Origin: Candidatus Hermodarchaeota archaeon
Lineage (GTDB): Archaea > Asgardarchaeota > Thorarchaeia > Thorarchaeales > Thorarchaeaceae
DNA: 64,000 nucleotides
Direction: 5' to 3'
Assembly (NCBI GenBank): GCA_048885865.1
Contig: JBHLLF010000003.1
Coordinates: forward strand, 1 to 64,000
Both the position numbers and the translations under genes were made by a program. This document shows, piece after piece, positions 58,751 through 64,000 of this stretch. Within the stretch, counting starts at the first letter, position 1. Every line of letters begins with the position of its first letter. The notes under the pieces are model-generated. The model saw only the letters and a list, made by a program, of their open reading frames with translations. It was not told the origin of the DNA and made no database searches.

Positions 58751-59590
58751 TTGCAGTTTATTGATCCATATTGGGGAACGGTACTCCTCCTCGGATTTGT
58801 GTTCCTCTTCATACTGATGTTTATTGCTAGTGGAATCAAGGTCCTCAGAGAATGGGAACGCATTGCGATTCTTCGACTCGGAAAGTTTCAAGGCATCAAG
58901 GGTCCTGGTATAACTTGGGTCACGCCAATTCTTGACAAGATTGCGATGAAGGTCTCCCTCAGGCTATTGACCTATGCCTTCAAGACAGAGAGGTCTCTAA
59001 CGAAGGATAACGTCCCGGTAGTTGTAGACGCAGTTATGTACTTTCGAGTGATTGACCCGGAGAAAGCGATTCTCAGTGTCGAAAGGTACACTGTTGCTGT
59101 CGAACTCGCTGCTCAAACCACTCTGCGAGAAACTACTGGAAAGGTCACACTTGATGAACTTCTAGCAGAAAGAGACAAGATAGCGGAGCATTTACAGGAG
59201 CTTATCGATGAGAAAACTGAACACTGGGGTGTTAAGGTCACATCTGTGGAAATCCGTGACGTTGTAATTCCAGCAGCGCTACAAGACGCGATGAGCAGAG
59301 AGGCACAAGCTGAGAGAGAACGTCGTGCAAGAATCACTCTGGCAACTGCTGAACTTGAAGCTGCGGAGAATATGTTGAAAGCAGCTAAAAGGTACGAGGA
59401 ATCCAATGTTGGTTTTGTCCTCAGAACTTGGAATATAATGCAGGAGATATCAAAGAACGCGAATCTGATAATCATGGTGCCTACAAACATACCGGAAGTG
59501 GGCGTAACCACAGCCACAGCAGCTGCGATGTCTGCAGGTACTGGTGGGCTAAGGGTGCCCAAGAACAAGGGAATGGCAGATGAAGATTAG
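58751..59590 (+). CDS. SPFH/stomatin family protein
   Basis: RLGK...GPG, TKDNV.V.VDAV, AQTTLR, WGVKV..VEI.DV, AERERRA. Confidence 0.95.
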   Translation: MQFIDPYWGTVLLLGFVFLFILMFIASGIKVLREWERIAILRLGKFQGIKGPGITWVTPILDKIAMKVSLRLLTYAFKTERSLTKDNVPVVVDAVMYFRVIDPEKAILSVERYTVAVELAAQTTLRETTGKVTLDELLAERDKIAEHLQELIDEKTEHWGVKVTSVEIRDVVIPAALQDAMSREAQAERERRARITLATAELEAAENMLKAAKRYEESNVGFVLRTWNIMQEISKNANLIIMVPTNIPEVGVTTATAAAMSAGTGGLRVPKNKGMADED

Positions 59591-59610
59591 ATTAACACTG
59601 AGAGGTTGAC

Positions 59611-60312
59611 ATGATGGATGCATGGATTAAGGTCTTCGTCGTGCTATTGCTGATGTCACTGCTCAGTGTCCTCATAGGTTATGTCCTATTTGATCCATTT
59701 GTCGGATTGATTCTTGTGGCGATTGTGCTGACCCTGATGGTTGTGGCAGTTGAGCCAGCAAGTGGCAAGGCGATGGCTCAGGTCATAGTACCAATCGTGC
59801 TAATTCTCTTTGCCATGCAGGTCTTCTTCAGGCCAGAAACCTCATTTGATATCACACAGCTAATCGTCATAGCTGGATTGCTATTCCTGATGCTAGCTAT
59901 CTTCACAGGAGGAGGAGGATTCGTTGACGGCGGATTCATAGATGCAAAAGTGACATGCAAACTCTTTCCATTCTATGGAGTAGCGATTCTGCTATCAGTC
60001 CTCATTGATCCCACAAGGACAATTACCGTCTATCTCATGGTGGGAACGGTCATGGGATTGATGGTCCTCTATGGCATATTCCTTAGGGGCTATGACAAGT
60101 GGCCCGAATTCTCGGAGTATGACAAAATGCATGATGTTATTGCTATTTCAGACATCAATCCCACTGGCAAGGTAAAAGCAGGTGCAGCCATTTGGAGAGC
60201 CAGAACAGATGGTCCGCCCATTAGCAAGGGAGAGAGCGTATCTGTCCGTGGGATAACCGGCTTGACAATGATTGTGGGCCACGAGGTCCCTGGGGAGTCC
60301 AATCAGCGCTAG
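59611..60312 (+). CDS. NfeD-family membrane protein
   Basis: Multiple TM plus C-terminal P.GKV....WRA...I.KG..V.V....GLT OB domain. Confidence 0.85.
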   Translation: MMDAWIKVFVVLLLMSLLSVLIGYVLFDPFVGLILVAIVLTLMVVAVEPASGKAMAQVIVPIVLILFAMQVFFRPETSFDITQLIVIAGLLFLMLAIFTGGGGFVDGGFIDAKVTCKLFPFYGVAILLSVLIDPTRTITVYLMVGTVMGLMVLYGIFLRGYDKWPEFSEYDKMHDVIAISDINPTGKVKAGAAIWRARTDGPPISKGESVSVRGITGLTMIVGHEVPGESNQR

Positions 60313-60324
60313 ACTATTATAGTC

Positions 60325-60346
60325 AGGGTCGGGGAAACCCGACCCT
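60325..60346. terminator. 9-bp hairpin with GAAA loop between convergent genes
   Basis: AGGGTCGGG-GAAA-CCCGACCCT. Confidence 0.65.
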
Positions 60347-61176
60347 CACTTATTCTTCAAAATTTCTTTCAGAAGCACCCAGATTAGTGATAAGCCAAAT
60401 AGAAAACCAAAGACTGTGGTGATTCCCCATTCGATCTGAAATATCTCAACCATGTTCACGGGTTCTAGAGGGTAAACCGGAAACATGACGAATGCTACAA
60501 TATTCCAAGCGTAATGAAAAGCGATTGGAATCCAGAGCCGTTTGCCAGACCAGAAATAGCCGTAGCTGAGAACCACTCCACCCAAGAATAGGTTGAATGT
60601 GAATATCAAAATCAGATGTATTGGAATAGTACCCAATGGAAGCCACCATCCGAAATGGAGTAATGCAAACAAGAGCGAACTGCCTAGAATGGCAGCTGAA
60701 CGTCCGACAACTACCTCCATCCTAGTCAAAAGATAGCCGCGGTAGACTATCTCCTCGAAAAGAGCCACGGGAATTGTGAATATGATTTGGTTTGCTATAA
60801 GATCCCCAGTTATATCAATCGCAGGTCGGAGGTCACCTCCAGAGAATAACGCAATCAAATACACTAGCCCTGCTCCTATAGCCCCAGCAACCGCGCCTAC
60901 GATGAGTTGATGCAATGTTTTGCTGTCTGTTTGTAGGCCCAGACTGGTTACATCACCACCTCGCTCCCAACGCAAGAAAATTATCACTGCAAAATACATC
61001 AGTAGATACAGACCGAAGAATTGGACTGTGCTGATGAGACCTCTAGTTACCTCATCCAGTGATGCTGTGACAATCCCTATGGTTTCGTGAAGAAGATGAA
61101 TCAGTAAGAGTATCAAGGAGAATAATAAGATTCGATGCGGCCCTAAATCATCAGAGCGCAATTTGCTGGCTCCCAT
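60346..61176 (-). CDS. CPBP (CAAX/Abi) intramembrane metalloprotease
   Basis: EEIVYRG, FALLH, H..WN. Confidence 0.92.
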   Translation of the reverse strand: MGASKLRSDDLGPHRILLFSLILLLIHLLHETIGIVTASLDEVTRGLISTVQFFGLYLLMYFAVIIFLRWERGGDVTSLGLQTDSKTLHQLIVGAVAGAIGAGLVYLIALFSGGDLRPAIDITGDLIANQIIFTIPVALFEEIVYRGYLLTRMEVVVGRSAAILGSSLLFALLHFGWWLPLGTIPIHLILIFTFNLFLGGVVLSYGYFWSGKRLWIPIAFHYAWNIVAFVMFPVYPLEPVNMVEIFQIEWGITTVFGFLFGLSLIWVLLKEILKNK

Positions 61177-61353
61177 ATCTTGCCGGAGGCGTTTCGCACC
61201 TAAATCTCATCCGGTAAGGCGCGGTAGGACAGACAAGAAGGGTATACATATTGCCAAATTTAATAACTAGGCGTGGCTCTTCGAACTTAATGGGTGGATA
61301 CTAGGTAAGCAAATAACTAGTTCATCCCCTAGATTCACTCGCGCCACGGAGGA

Positions 61354-62637
61354 TTGCTCTTGTCTGAAACAAGACGTCTGCTACTGGAGTTCGAAACGGA
61401 AGAAGTCGGAATCCGCGCTTCAAAGGATAAGAGGGTGAAGAAGGCACTAGTTAGTGCATTTTCTGATGCCTCCGACGTTGTGAGGGAGCGGGCTCTTCTA
61501 GCAGCTATTGATGCTGGCGATCCCACTATTGTAACTGACATAATCAAGGCAATGACGGATGAGGATGACGATGTTAGAATTGCAGCCGCTCAGGCTCTAG
61601 CATTCTATCACCAGCCAAGAACAATCCCTGATTTACTGAAAGGACTCCAAGACATCAATACATGGGTCAGGTCGCACTGTGCTGCAGGCCTCTCCAAGCT
61701 CCTAAATGGGCCAATCTGGGCAAGACTTGATTCAGGTGAGATTGAAGACCTTATCGCTGGCTTTCCTGACATGCAGGACTCTGTTATTCGTTCAAGACTG
61801 AGTAAGATGAATGTAGAATCCGATGCCATTGGTAGATACTTAACCTGGCGAGCAAAGGACTTCGATATAGAAATCGATGTTACAGACTTTCTCAAGGGAT
61901 TGGAAGAAACGCCTATAGTATTGCCAGGAGTGGCCGAAGCCGCAGCAGCGGCTCCTTCTGATGAAATTCCGAGAAAGACCACAGGCGTTTCTTCAGAGGT
62001 CGAAGAGATTCTTAGCGAATTACCAGATGAGCTTCGCGAAACTCTACCGGAGGAGGACCTGAGAAGACTCACTCCCGATACAGCAAGAGAATTGGTCATC
62101 TCCTTGACAACAGCGATGCCCACCGCAAAGCCAAAAGAAATGCCGAAGAAGAAAGCAGTGAAGGTCAGGAAGGTCAAAAAGGTCCGCCGAAAGAAGAAAG
62201 GGCCAAGCAGGCAGGAACTCGTAGAGATGATTCCAGATGAAGTAAGGGAATCTGTTTCAGACGATGTTCTCAAGACATTGACATATGAGGAACTTGAGGC
62301 GCTGATTGCATCAACAACTGAAGCCGCAGCTCCTGAAGAGAAGTTATCGAAGAAAGAGGCAATAATCGAAACGCTTCCCGCGGAAGTGGTCGATTCAGTC
62401 GGCGATGGTAAACTGCAGCGAATGACTGTCAAGGAGTTAGAGGAGCTTGCTGCCACAGCTAGCATGAGTGATGATGAACGTCGACTTCAGGACTTCACCG
62501 AGAAATATGGCGAAGAGAAGGCAAAAGTTCTCGCAGGAGTGCCTGATGAAATGTTGGCCGGCATCCCAGAGGAGCAAATCCATGAGATGGACTTGGATAC
62601 TCTGAAGGCACTAGTTCAGGCTCTGGAACACACTTAG
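61354..62637 (+). CDS. HEAT-repeat protein with four C-terminal LPxE helical repeats
   Basis: D...VR..A..A HEAT units; repeats ILSELPDELRE, LVEMIPDEVRE, IIETLPAEVVD, VLAGVPDEMLA. Confidence 0.85.
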   Translation: MLLSETRRLLLEFETEEVGIRASKDKRVKKALVSAFSDASDVVRERALLAAIDAGDPTIVTDIIKAMTDEDDDVRIAAAQALAFYHQPRTIPDLLKGLQDINTWVRSHCAAGLSKLLNGPIWARLDSGEIEDLIAGFPDMQDSVIRSRLSKMNVESDAIGRYLTWRAKDFDIEIDVTDFLKGLEETPIVLPGVAEAAAAAPSDEIPRKTTGVSSEVEEILSELPDELRETLPEEDLRRLTPDTARELVISLTTAMPTAKPKEMPKKKAVKVRKVKKVRRKKKGPSRQELVEMIPDEVRESVSDDVLKTLTYEELEALIASTTEAAAPEEKLSKKEAIIETLPAEVVDSVGDGKLQRMTVKELEELAATASMSDDERRLQDFTEKYGEEKAKVLAGVPDEMLAGIPEEQIHEMDLDTLKALVQALEHT

Positions 62638-62644
62638 TTCATAA

Positions 62645-63925
62645 CTACTCCGATCCGCGTATGACGATTGCAAATTCACTTGCCAGCTTGCCATACCACT
62701 CTAGAAGATCTCTCATATTGTCAACATGGCGATATGTTCCGTTGCCATACTGGGCCATCGCAAGCATCAATTCCTCGTCAATCTCGCTGCGTTCGCCAAG
62801 TCCGATAGTGTAAATCACAAGACTGGTTGTATCTGCGAATCGATCCTTGAGAACCTTGAGTGGAGCGGGGCCTGATGTTGTCATTCCATCCGTCATCATG
62901 ATGACCATTGTCGGCTTGGATGGGTCTCCAAATGCTCTGATGATATCCGCAGCTCGTACGAGAGCTGTCCCCATGTCTGTTAGAGTGCCTCCTTCCTCAA
63001 TTTTGTCCACCACGTGAGTGCTTATGATTTGAAGACCGAGAGCCTTCTCTCTTCCCGTACACTCAACATAGGGTTGGACCTCTCCCGTTTCTGAACTCAA
63101 AAAGGTCATCTCAGTGACCTCTTTCTCGAAAGTCACAACCCCAACTTTCTCGCCATAGCCTCTCCCTACCTTTTCCGCAAGGTACAGGAGGACTGCCATC
63201 GCTGCAGCCTCACCTCTACTTACATTCGTTCCTTCCTTGAAACGATCTAGAAATGCTTGAACCTCTGGGTTGTCCCCGGCGAGATCCTTGAGGCCTTCAC
63301 GTGCATGAGCTATGTCCTGAACAGGCACATCAATTGTTTTCATCGAACCGCTAGTATCAATGCATAGAACTGCATTGAAAGGAGTAGCAATTCCTATAGT
63401 CTTAAACTGATATCCAGTTCGTTCCTTAAGAGCTTCAAAAGCGAGTTTAGCGAATCTCTTGCCAGAGAGAGATGGACGAGTTGTCATTATCTCGACTTTC
63501 ACGTTCAACTCTGGCCAAATGAATGACATTCCCGGGTATACTAGACGTCCACCAATGAGCTTCTCTAAAGATGCGACTTGTTCAGCAGCTCGCGTGACAA
63601 GATCTTCTGTACTGGCATCCTCAGTGAGGGGCTTGAGCCCGAATTCCACATATTCCAGGGCAATCATGTCCTCATCATACAGAGACACCTCAATGCCCGC
63701 GTCGCCTTCCATTAAGAGCGAGGCTTCAAGGACCAGAGTATCAATTCTGATTCTATCAGGTGGAACACCATCATTGATTCGTATCTGTGCAGCACCCCAG
63801 AATGATGAGGCTGGGTCCTCAAACACAACGATTGATCCCAGCTCAGCATTCAGCTTCTTAGCAGTCTTTGGGTTGAGAACGGCGTATCCTCGAAGGTCTC
63901 CGCCATCATCAATCTCCAGTTTCAC
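62645..63925 (-). CDS. CDC48 N-domain-vWA fusion protein (no ATPase)
   Basis: D.RGYA.LNP.TAKKL....G.IV...IRID double-psi barrel plus CDC48_2-like V..T.P; MIDAS DTSGS, GTLT, MTDG, YTIGLG. Confidence 0.82.
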   Translation of the reverse strand: MKLEIDDGGDLRGYAVLNPKTAKKLNAELGSIVVFEDPASSFWGAAQIRINDGVPPDRIRIDTLVLEASLLMEGDAGIEVSLYDEDMIALEYVEFGLKPLTEDASTEDLVTRAAEQVASLEKLIGGRLVYPGMSFIWPELNVKVEIMTTRPSLSGKRFAKLAFEALKERTGYQFKTIGIATPFNAVLCIDTSGSMKTIDVPVQDIAHAREGLKDLAGDNPEVQAFLDRFKEGTNVSRGEAAAMAVLLYLAEKVGRGYGEKVGVVTFEKEVTEMTFLSSETGEVQPYVECTGREKALGLQIISTHVVDKIEEGGTLTDMGTALVRAADIIRAFGDPSKPTMVIMMTDGMTTSGPAPLKVLKDRFADTTSLVIYTIGLGERSEIDEELMLAMAQYGNGTYRHVDNMRDLLEWYGKLASEFAIVIRGSE

Positions 63926-64000
63926 CGTCTTGGTGATGTCATTCTCCTCCTATTGTAAGTTGTTTAACTCTTCTTCAGATTCATTATAAAGAATTGTGCA

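Noticed and set aside
61262-61320. AATAACTAG direct repeat 50 bp apart
   Set aside because: Only two short copies; not a CRISPR array and too weak to call an operator.
61608-62465. 285-aa minus-strand ORF
   Set aside because: Ser-rich antisense shadow of the HEAT-repeat gene.

Overview
64 kb of archaeal chromosome, most likely Asgard (Thorarchaeia-like). This placement is inferred from an ESCRT-III gene, CdvA-like, longin-like and presenilin-like proteins, a tungsten AOR and an archaeal C/D box sRNA. The window holds about 55 protein-coding genes covering amino-acid/peptide metabolism (ilvE-ferredoxin-AOR, gdhA, thrC, a Dpp/Opp ABC system), nucleotide salvage (dcd, PRS-like, udp, surE), envelope functions and membrane proteolysis. 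I saw no rRNA, tRNA, CRISPR array or transposase. Main points: (1) a translationally coupled pair of DapA-family aldolase-Fae fusions that lack the DHDPS arginine and whose Fae halves have decayed in complementary ways, suggesting a heteromeric formaldehyde/H4MPT-channelling aldolase; (2) a chlI/chlD-type locus joined by an A10 -1 slippery site into a membrane-anchored AAA-TM-vWA protein; (3) two tandem, separately promoted stem-closed CU-rich small RNAs at 37.95-38.3 kb; (4) a double-guide C/D sRNA that probably targets 16S rRNA; (5) a GCS2 ligase fused to probable Ig-like domains, paired with a degenerate formylglutamate-amidohydrolase-like protein; (6) a CDC48-N-vWA protein next to a HEAT protein with UBM-like repeats. 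All family calls come from motif recognition by eye; no searches were run.
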